A DNA stretch of 64,000 nucleotides from an uncultured virus (IMG/VR IMGVR_UViG_3300010938_000019) (Duplodnaviria > Heunggongvirae > Uroviricota > Caudoviricetes), in IMG/VR virus record IMGVR_UViG_3300010938_000019, one strand, 5' to 3'. The position numbers and the translations under genes are program-made. The notes below the pieces were generated by a model. That model was not told where the DNA came from. It did no database searches and was given only the letters and a program-made list of their open reading frames with translations. How positions within the stretch are numbered: the stretch's first letter is position 1; the number at the start of each line of letters is the position of its first letter. Of this stretch, positions 36,242 through 46,718 are shown piece by piece.

Positions 36242-37459
36242 TTAAGCCTTTTTACTTTTCTTTTCAAGTTTTTCTACTCTATCCATAAGATCTTTAGCAG
36301 CGGCTAATGCAGATGTGGCAACTTGACCAACATCAACGCTCTTAGTTCCTTCACTATCATTAGCTACCATATCTTTACCAGCTTCAGACTTTTCTAAATC
36401 CTGAGCCATGATACCAAGTCTTCTACCTTCACCATGTTTTTCTTGATTTTTATATTTGTACATGTATGGTTCTAATTTAGAAAGCAATTTATTTAGTTCT
36501 CCTTTAATTTCTTTAGGAGAAGCATTTTTTATATCTTTTTTAACTTCTTTGTCAGAAGCTTTCATTCCTGCAGCAGCCAAAGTTGCTCCTCCTGAAATTA
36601 AACTTCCCATAGTAGCTTGATTAGCTGCAGCTTGTGCTTGGGCTTGTCCAGCAAACATTTGAGCCATATTACTACTAGCCTGAGATAATCCACCAGCTTT
36701 ACGCATTTCATTTTCAAATTGTTGTTGCTGTAAATTCTTATTGAACATTTGTTCTTGATTGCGTAATGCAGAGCCTTGCTCCGAAATCCTTTGTCTCTGT
36801 CCTAGGTTCTGACCCGCTACATTTTGTCTATTAGCAGCATTGAATTGATTAATAACATCTTGAGCAGACTTTACTTGTGATTGTCTACCAAACTGTTGTT
36901 GTTCCATTTGTCCAGCAGCTTGTGCAGCTTGAGCTAAAGCGTTTTGTTTAGCTTGTATAGATGCTTGTGCCATTTGTGCAGATTGCTGTTGAGCAGCTAA
37001 AGCACTTGCTTGTTGAGCTTGTAATTGTGCAGCGAGACTAGTACCAGAATCTGCCATGCCTCTTTGTTGCATACCAGCTTGAATATTAGCAAGATCAGAC
37101 TTTTGTTCTGCACCCGATTTATCCATAAACTGACGGAAGATAATTCTATCTTCTTCAGTCATTCCTTCTTGACCACGTTGTGTCAATTGTTCAAGAGCTG
37201 CCATTTGAGCATCTCTTAAACGAGGATCTAATGAAATACCTTCAAGCTCTGTTCTACCTAATTGTTCAGGAGTTAGTTCCCCAACAAGGTTTGGAGCTTC
37301 AAGGATGAGTTTCATTTTCTCGATATCAGGAAGATCTACATTTTCTAAACGCTTAGCAGCTTCGCGCATTGCAGCGGCAGAAGAATCTGCATATCCTTTA
37401 GCTGCTCCAGTGTCAGTTAATCCAACTGCATCAGTAATTCCAGAAACTACCTTACCCAT
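36242..37459 (-). CDS. internal virion protein with C-terminal peptidase S74 (self-cleaving chaperone) domain
   Basis: Gln/Ala-rich body; SDKEVKKDI…YKYK…GIMAQDLE. Confidence 0.75.
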   Translation of the reverse strand: MGKVVSGITDAVGLTDTGAAKGYADSSAAAMREAAKRLENVDLPDIEKMKLILEAPNLVGELTPEQLGRTELEGISLDPRLRDAQMAALEQLTQRGQEGMTEEDRIIFRQFMDKSGAEQKSDLANIQAGMQQRGMADSGTSLAAQLQAQQASALAAQQQSAQMAQASIQAKQNALAQAAQAAGQMEQQQFGRQSQVKSAQDVINQFNAANRQNVAGQNLGQRQRISEQGSALRNQEQMFNKNLQQQQFENEMRKAGGLSQASSNMAQMFAGQAQAQAAANQATMGSLISGGATLAAAGMKASDKEVKKDIKNASPKEIKGELNKLLSKLEPYMYKYKNQEKHGEGRRLGIMAQDLEKSEAGKDMVANDSEGTKSVDVGQVATSALAAAKDLMDRVEKLEKKSKKA

Positions 37460-37462
37460 AAT

Positions 37463-37801
37463 TTACCCTATCTTTTTTTGAAAATAAATAAGTCCTGTAT
37501 CTTTGTCAAACTTTATAGCGTTACAACCGTATTTTTGTATAAACTTAATTGACTGCTCCCAATTTAAAGCATTGGTGTCTACATGAGAGTATAACACTTT
37601 TGCTCCATTTTTTAAAGCCAGATCAACAACTTCATCTGCCATGTCTGTAGCTGTCTTGCTAAATCTTTGATTTGGCGTTACGAATATATCTTGTATAAAG
37701 ACCCATCCATCGCCAATCTTATAAGTACAGAATCCATTTTCGTTTTCTACGGTATCTAGTCCTTCTCTTTCTTTTACATATTGAGAATAAAGACTAGTCA
37801 T
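37463..37801 (-). CDS. GNAT-like acetyltransferase
   Basis: FIQDIFVTPNQR…A…ADEV pattern; typical position between tail and internal protein genes. Confidence 0.6.
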   Translation of the reverse strand: MTSLYSQYVKEREGLDTVENENGFCTYKIGDGWVFIQDIFVTPNQRFSKTATDMADEVVDLALKNGAKVLYSHVDTNALNWEQSIKFIQKYGCNAIKFDKDTGLIYFQKKIG

Positions 37802-37803
37802 AT

Positions 37804-39690
37804 TTATCCTATGTTAGTTATTGGACCAGCCATACCTACTGAAGACTGATCCGTTACTGGATTAGTTAATTCTCCAGTAGTCTTTCTTCCAAAACGATCT
37901 CTCAACGATTGTACTAAAGAAGCTAGTTTAGAAGTGTCAGCTAAGCGTACATTTTCAGCCTTTTGAGCTTCCAACGCCTGAGCCTGTCTTCCTGATAATT
38001 GAGCCAATGCTGAGTATCTAGCTCTATCTAAGTCGGTAGCAAGGCTTTCTCTTCCAATGTCTGCTCCTTGAGCAAACTGAGGATATCCAACGCCTGTACT
38101 TTTTAGTATCTCTTGTTCTAGGTTTTTTTGCAAGTCAGTCTTTTGTTGTTTCAAAAGATTCTCAACTCTAGCTCTCTCACCTTCTAAAGCACCAAGATTG
38201 AATTGATATGCGTCGAAGATTCTGCCTGTATATGGATTGCCTGAAGTAGCTTGTCCGCCAAATCCTAAGTTCTGTAAAGTGGCTAAGTCTTGACCGCCGG
38301 TAAATCCAAAAGCAGCTTTTACTGCTGGTTGCATATATCCATAGTCATCTTCAATACGAATGTTAGAAAGACCTTGACCAGTTTTTATATAGTTTTCAAG
38401 AATTTGGTTTACATCACCTACTGGAGCCGCCTGGTATTTTTGATTAGCATATCTTATAAAATCTTGAACTCCCCCGTCGCCAGTTTCTCTTTTATATTGA
38501 TTATAAAGAGGATTGTTGCGGTAGTTTTGAGGAGTAATATTACTTAAAGCACTTTGTCTGTTTTGTTGAGCAACTTGATTAGCTAATGTTTGGTTAAGCA
38601 TTCCACCAAGAGAACTGCGCATTTGATCTACAGTACGTCTTCTTGTAGCTTCCCCAGAATAGTAATTTAATAGTTCGTCTAATTCTGATTGTTCTTGTTG
38701 CAATTGAGGATTTAAGAATTCGTTAATAATTCTTTGTCTTTGAGCTTTTTCTTGTTCTGCTTTTGTATCTAGTGCGGAAACAACTCCTTGTTGAGATGTT
38801 TCAGCTTCAGTTTGAAGCCCAGTACTAGCCTGTCTATTAGCTTCTAAAAGGTCTGCCAATTGTTGATTAGCTTGTTGTCTAGTACCTTCTACCTGCGCTT
38901 TAGTTTGATCTACAATACCTCCGCTTTGTTGTAAGAGGTTATTGAGATTTCCACCACGTTGTAATAGTAAACTATCTAACGTAGCAGCTCCAGATCCATA
39001 TGCTTGTCTTTTACCGAATAATTCTCTTAACTGTCCTGCTCTACCTTCAAACGTCTTAAGGTTCTCTGCTTGTCTAGCTAGGTTTTGCTTCTTTGCTTCT
39101 TCAGCAGCGAGATTAAGATCTTGAACATCTTTAAACTGCTTAGAACCTGTTGCTAAGTCTCTGAACGATTGTATTTCTTCTTGAGTCAGGCTTTTGGCAA
39201 CCTCAGCACTTGGAGATACTGGCTGTACTGGAGCAGATTGATCACCTTGCTGTACAGGTTGAGGAGCAGAAATACCCATAGCTTTTTGTAAAACGCTTTG
39301 AGCTTGTTGCTTAGCAGCGCCTAATTGTTGCTGCTGTTCTTGAACTTGTGATTCGTATCTTTGTTTTTGTTTATCTAACGACGCACCAATTTGCTGAGCT
39401 TGCTTATTCATATCACGAGTAACAGTCTGACCCATTCTTTGACCAGCACCTTGATTAGCTTGTATATAGCTTCTTAAATTAGTGAACTGTCCAGAAGATG
39501 GTTTTCTTTGTGATGATGTAGGAGCTTGAGGAGCTTGTTGTCCAGCACTTGGAGCTGCACCTATAAATGCGGATTCAGATCCAGTACCTACTTGCTGTGG
39601 CTGGTTCTGTACTTGCTGACCATTAGGTCCTAAAACTTGGGAACTTCCTTGGTTCTGTAGGTCAATTGGATTTTGTTGTAAATACGCCAT
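37804..39690 (-). CDS. Gln-rich internal virion protein
   Basis: 628 aa, very Gln-rich and helical. Confidence 0.55.
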   Translation of the reverse strand: MAYLQQNPIDLQNQGSSQVLGPNGQQVQNQPQQVGTGSESAFIGAAPSAGQQAPQAPTSSQRKPSSGQFTNLRSYIQANQGAGQRMGQTVTRDMNKQAQQIGASLDKQKQRYESQVQEQQQQLGAAKQQAQSVLQKAMGISAPQPVQQGDQSAPVQPVSPSAEVAKSLTQEEIQSFRDLATGSKQFKDVQDLNLAAEEAKKQNLARQAENLKTFEGRAGQLRELFGKRQAYGSGAATLDSLLLQRGGNLNNLLQQSGGIVDQTKAQVEGTRQQANQQLADLLEANRQASTGLQTEAETSQQGVVSALDTKAEQEKAQRQRIINEFLNPQLQQEQSELDELLNYYSGEATRRRTVDQMRSSLGGMLNQTLANQVAQQNRQSALSNITPQNYRNNPLYNQYKRETGDGGVQDFIRYANQKYQAAPVGDVNQILENYIKTGQGLSNIRIEDDYGYMQPAVKAAFGFTGGQDLATLQNLGFGGQATSGNPYTGRIFDAYQFNLGALEGERARVENLLKQQKTDLQKNLEQEILKSTGVGYPQFAQGADIGRESLATDLDRARYSALAQLSGRQAQALEAQKAENVRLADTSKLASLVQSLRDRFGRKTTGELTNPVTDQSSVGMAGPITNIG

Positions 39691-39712
39691 TTTAGGTAAT
39701 ATCCTATTACAA

Positions 39713-39723
39713 GTAGTTGTTAA
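39713..39723 (-). promoter_or_regulatory. candidate late promoter TTAACAACTAC
   Basis: One of four identical intergenic copies. Confidence 0.65.
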
Positions 39724-40131
39724 TTAAATGACAATAACAGTGAGCTTATACGTTACGTTAGGTACTAATCCCGTCACGTGACTGATTGTCACACTTTGAT
39801 TTCCTATTGGAGTATAACTAATAAAAGGAGTACTTGTCGGATAACTAGTTGAATTTGTTAAATTCTGTGCTCTTATTACCGTCAACCCTCTAGGACTAGC
39901 CTTACCTACGTTTACCGAAGTAACTTTCAGTGGCTTACCATTACTATCGATAGATATGTCAAATTCAATAAGATTTTGATTTAAGTTATCGAAATCTATA
40001 TTACCATTAACAATGTTTACAGTATCTGACATGAACTGGTTTAGCACGTATCCAAGCTTAGATATAAGAGTCTGGTACTGAGGTTCAAAATCCTCTGTAA
40101 TAATACGTTTAACGTTGTTTAATCGTGCCAT
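39724..40131 (-). CDS. small tail-associated protein
   Basis: Follows the nozzle gene; helix followed by a beta domain. Confidence 0.5.
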   Translation of the reverse strand: MARLNNVKRIITEDFEPQYQTLISKLGYVLNQFMSDTVNIVNGNIDFDNLNQNLIEFDISIDSNGKPLKVTSVNVGKASPRGLTVIRAQNLTNSTSYPTSTPFISYTPIGNQSVTISHVTGLVPNVTYKLTVIVI

Positions 40132-40136
40132 AGTGC

Positions 40137-43100
40137 TTACCTATACGCTCTACTAGAAACCGCTCTAACGACTGCAGAAACGCCTAAAATACGCCATTTT
40201 TCACGAGCATTAAAATGATCGAACTTCATTGTCAAGTATCGACATCTTTGCTTCTGAAGAGGTACTATAGTTCTAAAAGGTGCATCATTACTTTCTCCAC
40301 CCCAGTAGAATTGAGACTGACCATACTCACCATAGCCCCAGTAACCTACTCCTTTACTAAAGAAAGGTACTTCTTCTAGACTTTGTGATAAGTCAGAAGA
40401 AAATGATAATTTGGCACTATAAAAGTTATTCTGGTCAAACATTATTGTAGATTCTCTAATCTGCTTCAGTCCTGATGGATCTCCAAAGTGCATAGGCTGC
40501 CATTGGATTTTACTCTTAATAGCCTTAAATGCTATAATACTACCTTCTTCAAAAGGTACTGAGTGGCTTAGAGTGACTTCATTTTTAGCTACATTTACTG
40601 AAGTTATAATAGCTTCGTATGAAATTGTGTCGCTAATCTGCTCATAATTCTTAAGACTTGTATCACAAGCTCCGTTATTTAACTGGGAGATCATTGTATT
40701 GAACTGAGTCTGCATTGTAGACCAAGTTGTAGAGAATGCTTGTACTGTTACTGTGCCGCTTGCATCATCTGCAACTAACTTAGAATTTAAAGCATTTAAA
40801 GCTGAAGTAATGTTATCGCCATATTTCATCTTTAAAGTAGACTCGTAGTCGTCTTCTGTTAGACCCTTGTCTAGGTCTAATTTTCTTAGAAGTCTATTAA
40901 ATTGTGCAACAGTTATATACTGTTCTTGATAGATTACATCTCCAGCTTCTAGACTTGCAGCACTTGATACTTTAAGTACCTTATCGGAAAGAGCATTCGA
41001 ACCTAATGTAAGATTGAATTGTCTGTCCGCAAAATCAGTTCTATCGTCTTCTTTTCTTTCTTGGAATAGATAGTTGCTATTTCCAGATCCTACGTATAAT
41101 TTATCGTCTTGAGATAAAACATGGGCACATGTAGCACTTACTGTCCACTTAGTCCAGGTTCTTTCAAAAGTATTATATCTAAAGCATTGGGTTGCTACGG
41201 TATCGGTCTTGATACTTGGTAGCCACAGTATGTAAGCTCTATCGCTTTCATATGCTAGTCCGAAAGAAGTATAGCGATAACTAAACTTAGTATTTGTTAC
41301 TTCCGAGATAAGGTTTTCAATATCCCTGGAAATAATGCTTACTCCAGTATCACTAATTGTAACAATACCTTGAGTAGTTAAACAGTATATCTGGTTATTT
41401 AGTACAATTGCGCTATCAGGAGCTATAAGGTTTGTAGAGTTATCTAAAAGTCTAACAGTAAAGTTAGGGGCTACATCACCTGATAGTATGTAGACTCCAT
41501 CTGTCTTTAAAATAAAAAGGTTATCTCGTAGTCCAATGATTCTTTCAATAGCTTCATCTTTTGGTCCGATATCTATGTAGTTGACCAAAGGAACAGCTTC
41601 TGGCTGGTTTGCCTTTGAGAAGTAAATTCTATTTGGAGATACTAGATTGTCCGAAACTTCTGAAGGAGTAAAATAAAAGGCATTTGCGGAAGGATCATCT
41701 TCTGTTATTATATTTACTGGTACAGTAAAGTTATCTACATCTACTACCGTAATAGGATATTTACCATATATAGCTGGAGATGAATTTGGACTATATACAA
41801 TTACTTCTGTACCTGTTGATAGACCGTGTGCTACTTTATTAATCTTAGCAGGACTATTTGAACCAGCAGAGAACTTAACGCTTACTATTGTTTGATTCTC
41901 AGTTAGTGTAGGACTAAATTGACTTGTTAGAGAAAAGTCTCCTACTGACAAGTAAAACGGAACATCTTCTAAAGCTTTATTTTCAAAAAGTATTTTACCA
42001 GGAAGGTCATTTTCTGCCGATAGGTATGTCGCAGTTACTGGACTATTGGAATCTTGATTAATAACATAAATGAGAGAACGAGCAGTTTCTTCAATTGACA
42101 AGGCGCTTGATTCCGAACCAGATAAGAATACTTTGTTTAAAGAAGCGTCTTCTCCATCGCCTTGAGTTGTAACAGATATTGCCCATCCAGTACCTATGTC
42201 GATAGACGGACTAGAAGAACCACTATAGGCATCTTCTGTATTACCATTATTCGTATTAGTAATAGTTACTACGTTAGTATTAACTGCTACATTGAAGTCG
42301 TCAAACTCTAGTAATGTTTCGTACAATCTTTGAGCTATTTGATTAGCTGTAGCTCCTGTCAAATCTGTTAGGTCTACAGTAACTCCTAGTCTTCCTGCGA
42401 TTGCTGGGTCAACTCCAGAGCCTTTATTAAACCATAGATAGTACTTGACTTCATCGTTTGCGCTATTTAAAAGTATGTAGCTGTTATTGGCATTAGTTTC
42501 TAGAGTATTTGCATAGCTGTCGCAAGTTATGTCTGTTACTTCTGCAGCACCAACGAAAGTATATTCGCTAGTACCGTTTGCATTAGTTACAAAGAACTTA
42601 GAAGAACCTGATACAAAGTTACTTATACCTAGTAAGGATATTTGTAGTCTGTGGCGGCTTTTAGTATTTGCATAAAATACTGAGCTACCAAATAGTTCAA
42701 TATCTTTAGCAATAGGTGGAGTATCGTTAGCTTGAAGAATACCTTCCTGGGAAACCGGATTAGTATAGAGGTCTTGTCCATTGTTTCTAAAAGTTTCGGG
42801 AGTATCGTCTACTACCGTAATGTATCCTAAACTAACATCAGTTGATGTTACAGCTTCTTCGAATACTAGTCTCATTTCATCACCTGGATCAATGTCGCTT
42901 AAAATCTGACCATCTACCGGAGAAATGATTTGGGTTCGGTATATTTGATAGAAGAAGTTAGTGGTAATTCCTGCTGGTATTGTAAAAGTTATTTCTGCAT
43001 TAGCAGGTTGACCTTCGGCAACAGCTCCGTTTAAGCTAGTTGCCAAAGTTACACCCGTTACAGTTCCTGAAATATTGGTGGTATCTCCGCCTTCTTTCAT

Positions 43101-43988
43101 GGTTATAGTAACTACATTTGATAATACGCTTAAATCAAATTCTGTGGTGGCGTTTAAAATGCTATCCGCTATTTTAGCAGCTACTTGATTATTACTAGTT
43201 AAACCGTTTATTTTAACTTCTATTGCAGTTTTACCTATAGTGTTTGCATCTACAGGAGCAGTATCTGTTCCAGAAACGTTGAACCAAACGACGAACTGAG
43301 AATTAATACTATTTACAATAAAATACTGAGAAGCAGTAATGGTTGCGTAAGCACTTACGGTTACGGTAGATTTTTCATATGTAAAGAAAGTGTTACTGGT
43401 ATTAGTAAGGACGTATCTAGAGCTTGGATATCCGTATAGTAAATTTGTGTTGTTGTCTTTGTAACCGAATAGTATTCTATATGCTACTTTAGATTGTTCA
43501 GGAAGAAATCCTGATGCATCTGGATAGATTACAGCTTCTAGATCAGTCGCTTTTGGAACTCCTGAATCTAGTATATAGTTAGCTGCTGTAGTGAATTGTG
43601 AAGCACTCGTTGCGCTTATTTTCTTGATACCTTTATCTGTTGTAAAATAAAGATTACCATTTGCTTCTTGATATTTAATTCTTAGACCAGCTTCTAGTTC
43701 TGAATAACTTCCGGAAAAATTAGAGAATGTTCCAGATCCATTGTCGAACTGAAGAGTACTATTGAAATGTCTTAGAAGACTGTTCTTGTATTCAAAAACT
43801 TGCTTTATTCGATCATTACCTAAAGGAAGGGAAGAACCATAGTCGGCTAATCCACGACGTTGAGTAATTACACCCTTCTCGTCAATATTAACGTTCTCTG
43901 CTATTTTTAAAGCTCCATCTCCAGCACTTAGTTCATTTAAGAACGTTCTAAGTCCTAAAGCCTGGATGACTGTGGCTCTCTGAGACAT
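40137..43988 (-). CDS. tail nozzle/stabilisation protein (tubular B or P22 gp10-like) with inserted domains
   Basis: ENVNID..G.I.QRRG start, NRIYFS…PEAVP, propeller-like repeats, YN…TWTKW; follows the adaptor gene. Confidence 0.65.
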   Translation of the reverse strand: MSQRATVIQALGLRTFLNELSAGDGALKIAENVNIDEKGVITQRRGLADYGSSLPLGNDRIKQVFEYKNSLLRHFNSTLQFDNGSGTFSNFSGSYSELEAGLRIKYQEANGNLYFTTDKGIKKISATSASQFTTAANYILDSGVPKATDLEAVIYPDASGFLPEQSKVAYRILFGYKDNNTNLLYGYPSSRYVLTNTSNTFFTYEKSTVTVSAYATITASQYFIVNSINSQFVVWFNVSGTDTAPVDANTIGKTAIEVKINGLTSNNQVAAKIADSILNATTEFDLSVLSNVVTITMKEGGDTTNISGTVTGVTLATSLNGAVAEGQPANAEITFTIPAGITTNFFYQIYRTQIISPVDGQILSDIDPGDEMRLVFEEAVTSTDVSLGYITVVDDTPETFRNNGQDLYTNPVSQEGILQANDTPPIAKDIELFGSSVFYANTKSRHRLQISLLGISNFVSGSSKFFVTNANGTSEYTFVGAAEVTDITCDSYANTLETNANNSYILLNSANDEVKYYLWFNKGSGVDPAIAGRLGVTVDLTDLTGATANQIAQRLYETLLEFDDFNVAVNTNVVTITNTNNGNTEDAYSGSSSPSIDIGTGWAISVTTQGDGEDASLNKVFLSGSESSALSIEETARSLIYVINQDSNSPVTATYLSAENDLPGKILFENKALEDVPFYLSVGDFSLTSQFSPTLTENQTIVSVKFSAGSNSPAKINKVAHGLSTGTEVIVYSPNSSPAIYGKYPITVVDVDNFTVPVNIITEDDPSANAFYFTPSEVSDNLVSPNRIYFSKANQPEAVPLVNYIDIGPKDEAIERIIGLRDNLFILKTDGVYILSGDVAPNFTVRLLDNSTNLIAPDSAIVLNNQIYCLTTQGIVTISDTGVSIISRDIENLISEVTNTKFSYRYTSFGLAYESDRAYILWLPSIKTDTVATQCFRYNTFERTWTKWTVSATCAHVLSQDDKLYVGSGNSNYLFQERKEDDRTDFADRQFNLTLGSNALSDKVLKVSSAASLEAGDVIYQEQYITVAQFNRLLRKLDLDKGLTEDDYESTLKMKYGDNITSALNALNSKLVADDASGTVTVQAFSTTWSTMQTQFNTMISQLNNGACDTSLKNYEQISDTISYEAIITSVNVAKNEVTLSHSVPFEEGSIIAFKAIKSKIQWQPMHFGDPSGLKQIRESTIMFDQNNFYSAKLSFSSDLSQSLEEVPFFSKGVGYWGYGEYGQSQFYWGGESNDAPFRTIVPLQKQRCRYLTMKFDHFNAREKWRILGVSAVVRAVSSRAYR

Positions 43989-44947
43989 TAAAACCTACTT
44001 CGATTTCTTTTAAATCGTGATAAATTGTTAGCTTCTTGTAGGGGAGAATATCTAGGTCTTACTTTTTGAGGAGCACCTTCAACTCTATTATCAATTAGAT
44101 TGTTAATGGACTTTTCCATTTGATCTAATTTAATTTTAGCATTGGCTAAGTTCTCGCTATCCCCCAAGGCTTCTAGTATGTAAACAGAAGCTCTTTGTGT
44201 TAGCAAAGGATGCATTTCAGTTGGTATATTAGGTACTGGAGATTGTTCTTTTTCACAAAGATAATCGCCTACCATAAGTTCTGAAGGAATATCGGCAACT
44301 GCAAATGTTACACTTTTTGTTGTAGAATCACTTGATGTTGGTTGTATGTCGTAATCGTATATTTTATTAGGACTTCTATACCCAACAAAGTCCATCTGAG
44401 GTAGATTAGAGAATTTCTCTGGGAAATTGGATAGAGTAATTACACCAGTAGTTCTATTTATGTTAGTTACTTTTCCGCAGTGTTTTTCTAGAACAATAAC
44501 GTTTGGTCTAAGATAAAAATGCATTCTCATTTTATCACTATAACCGTTACTGTAGTCTACTAAAACAACTTCATTATTTTGAATATAAAATACGTTCCTA
44601 TCACCAAAGATGGTGCCACTTTTATAATCTGAAAGTTGGTCTAGGGAAATACGACTTAGTTCGTACACTCCACCGTCTGCATTTACGAAAGATACGTCTC
44701 TTAACTTGTTACCAACAGCTCTGTATGGAATTGGGTAATTAGCTGTGCCTGAAACAAATTGGAGATCTTCATAATTTACAAGGTGTTCTTCACTTAACAC
44801 TAGCAACGTAGATAATAGACCAGCGTCCATTTCTTCGTTTAGTATATTTAGTATTGCTTCATCGCTATAGACAGAGGTGTCAGTAGGAATCATTGCCCTT
44901 TGACGTACCGCTTCAATTAGTTTTGAAGCCGTCATTACTCGGCTCAT
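43988..44947 (-). CDS. head-tail adaptor (tubular A-like)
   Basis: T…LI..VR.RA…SD..IL..LNE start and IP.EMHPLL end. Confidence 0.6.
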   Translation of the reverse strand: MSRVMTASKLIEAVRQRAMIPTDTSVYSDEAILNILNEEMDAGLLSTLLVLSEEHLVNYEDLQFVSGTANYPIPYRAVGNKLRDVSFVNADGGVYELSRISLDQLSDYKSGTIFGDRNVFYIQNNEVVLVDYSNGYSDKMRMHFYLRPNVIVLEKHCGKVTNINRTTGVITLSNFPEKFSNLPQMDFVGYRSPNKIYDYDIQPTSSDSTTKSVTFAVADIPSELMVGDYLCEKEQSPVPNIPTEMHPLLTQRASVYILEALGDSENLANAKIKLDQMEKSINNLIDNRVEGAPQKVRPRYSPLQEANNLSRFKRNRSRF

Positions 44948-44949
44948 GA

Positions 44950-45309
44950 TTACTCCGATTTAGCGGCTAATTGCTTCTTTAATTCTTCAATTTGAGCTTT
45001 AAGTGACTCAGGACTTTCTTCTTCCATTTCAGGAGCTTCTTCGCTTTCTTCTTCACAAGCTGGGCAGCCCATATCGCCACATTCATCACATTCATAACCT
45101 TCAGACTCTTCGTCTTTCTTTTCCATTACATCTTCAGCTTTTTCAAGACCTTCTTTAAGACCTTCTTTGCTATCAGAAGCAACAGTTACTTTCATGAGTT
45201 TTTTTCCTAGCACATCTTTAAGATCGCCACGACTTTCACCCATCATACTCATCATTTCTTTCTTAAGACTCTTAAGCATGGCTTTTTTAGCCATCATCTT
45301 TGCATCCAT
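44950..45309 (-). CDS. small Met/Lys/Glu-rich protein with CxxC-x3-CxxC
   Basis: CDECGDMGCPAC; AAGGAG SD; preceded by the late motif. Confidence 0.6.
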   Translation of the reverse strand: MDAKMMAKKAMLKSLKKEMMSMMGESRGDLKDVLGKKLMKVTVASDSKEGLKEGLEKAEDVMEKKDEESEGYECDECGDMGCPACEEESEEAPEMEEESPESLKAQIEELKKQLAAKSE

Positions 45310-45344
45310 TTTCCAAGCTCCTTGAAGTGTATAACTACCCGTAA

Positions 45345-45355
45345 GTAGTTGTTAA
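45345..45355 (-). promoter_or_regulatory. candidate late promoter TTAACAACTAC
   Basis: Identical intergenic copy. Confidence 0.65.
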
Positions 45356-46210
45356 TTATTGTCTCTCTGACATGCGTTTTAAAGCATTTCTTCGAATATT
45401 TTGCATATCGTTAAATTTTTCACCAAATTCCAATGCGTTAGCTTGTCTTTCTTGAGATTTAGCCTTAGCTTCATCAGATTTAGCTCTCATCTCTGCTTGA
45501 TACTGAGCGACTTGTTCAGGACTTAGCTCTTTATCTTCAGAAATACTAGAAGGTAGCAAAGCGTCTACAATTGGAGTAGTAACTTCTTCTTGAGCAGCTT
45601 TAGCGATAGCCTCAGGAACGCTTGCTCCTGCTTCTCTAGCCCCACCAAATGCCATAGCAGCACCTACTAGGGGTAATGCTCCAGCAACGCTCTTTAAGCC
45701 TTTTTTAGCGGCAGATCCGCCCATATCCATTAAAGCTTTACGCTTTGCGCCAGCAACATCAAGTTCTTGTACTTGTCGAGCATTAGGAATTGAAGTTTGT
45801 CCTAGTCTTTGAGCATCTCTAAATTTTAAGTCATTTATTTTAGCAGCTTCTTTTTCGAGTATTTTACCAGCTTCATCTTTAGCAGCTACTTTAGTGTAGC
45901 CCTTTTCAGATAGCTCGTCCATGTTAGTAAATGGAGAGTCTTTTTTCATTGTCGGAGCGTATTTCATTCCTGTAGTAAAGTTTCTTTCTAATACATTCTT
46001 TACGCTTTTCCATTCTTCAAATGCTTCAGCGTCTAATTTAGGATCAGGAGCTGATTTGTTTAAAAAGTCCATAACTTCATTGGCTTTAGCCATTACAGCA
46101 TCTTTTGTGCCAAATTTATCGGCTAATGCTCCGGGAGTTAAATCACCTTCCATTATGCGATTTTTAAGCTTTCTAAGACCGTCTACACTAAATGCTTGTT
46201 TATCTGCCAT
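45356..46210 (-). CDS. probable virion protein
   Basis: Helical; LPLVGAA segment similar to 32995-34416. Confidence 0.5.
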   Translation of the reverse strand: MADKQAFSVDGLRKLKNRIMEGDLTPGALADKFGTKDAVMAKANEVMDFLNKSAPDPKLDAEAFEEWKSVKNVLERNFTTGMKYAPTMKKDSPFTNMDELSEKGYTKVAAKDEAGKILEKEAAKINDLKFRDAQRLGQTSIPNARQVQELDVAGAKRKALMDMGGSAAKKGLKSVAGALPLVGAAMAFGGAREAGASVPEAIAKAAQEEVTTPIVDALLPSSISEDKELSPEQVAQYQAEMRAKSDEAKAKSQERQANALEFGEKFNDMQNIRRNALKRMSERQ

Positions 46211-46211
46211 A

Positions 46212-46715
46212 TTACTTTATCCTTGTTGTGTATAAATCGCAAAGTTCAAATAATTGTTTAGGGGTAGCTTTGTCTACATTTACGTCCATAGGAACTTTTC
46301 CACTAGCTTTTAATACTCTAGCTACTAACTCTGAACAGATATATGCATTTTCTCCATCAAAGAACCACTTCCAGTGTACACCAAAACGAGCAAAAAATAT
46401 ACCCAATATGGTACGAATACTGTAAGGTCTGCCTAATTTATACCTGATAAGGTTTATTAATGCTAACTTTTCTGCAGATTCTATTGGCATAGAAAACTCT
46501 GCAACAACCTGATTTTCTTCTAAGAACGTCTGTTCTACAACATGGTTTACCATACCTTTGCTGGCTTGATAAATGTCAAAGTCGTTAAAGTGTTTATTAC
46601 TGAGTTTAATATATGTATGTGAGTAGTTTGTACTATCAAACAATTGTATGGCTAGGCTAAAAGGCTTAAATCCTTTAGCTCTTGAAAATCCTATAATTAA
46701 ATTGTCTGATGCCAT
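46212..46715 (-). CDS. permuted papain-like (NlpC/P60, YaeF/YiiX-type) enzyme
   Basis: YSHTYI (His) precedes GRPY…YICSELVA (Cys), then TP. Confidence 0.8.
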   Translation of the reverse strand: MASDNLIIGFSRAKGFKPFSLAIQLFDSTNYSHTYIKLSNKHFNDFDIYQASKGMVNHVVEQTFLEENQVVAEFSMPIESAEKLALINLIRYKLGRPYSIRTILGIFFARFGVHWKWFFDGENAYICSELVARVLKASGKVPMDVNVDKATPKQLFELCDLYTTRIK

Positions 46716-46718
46716 ATA

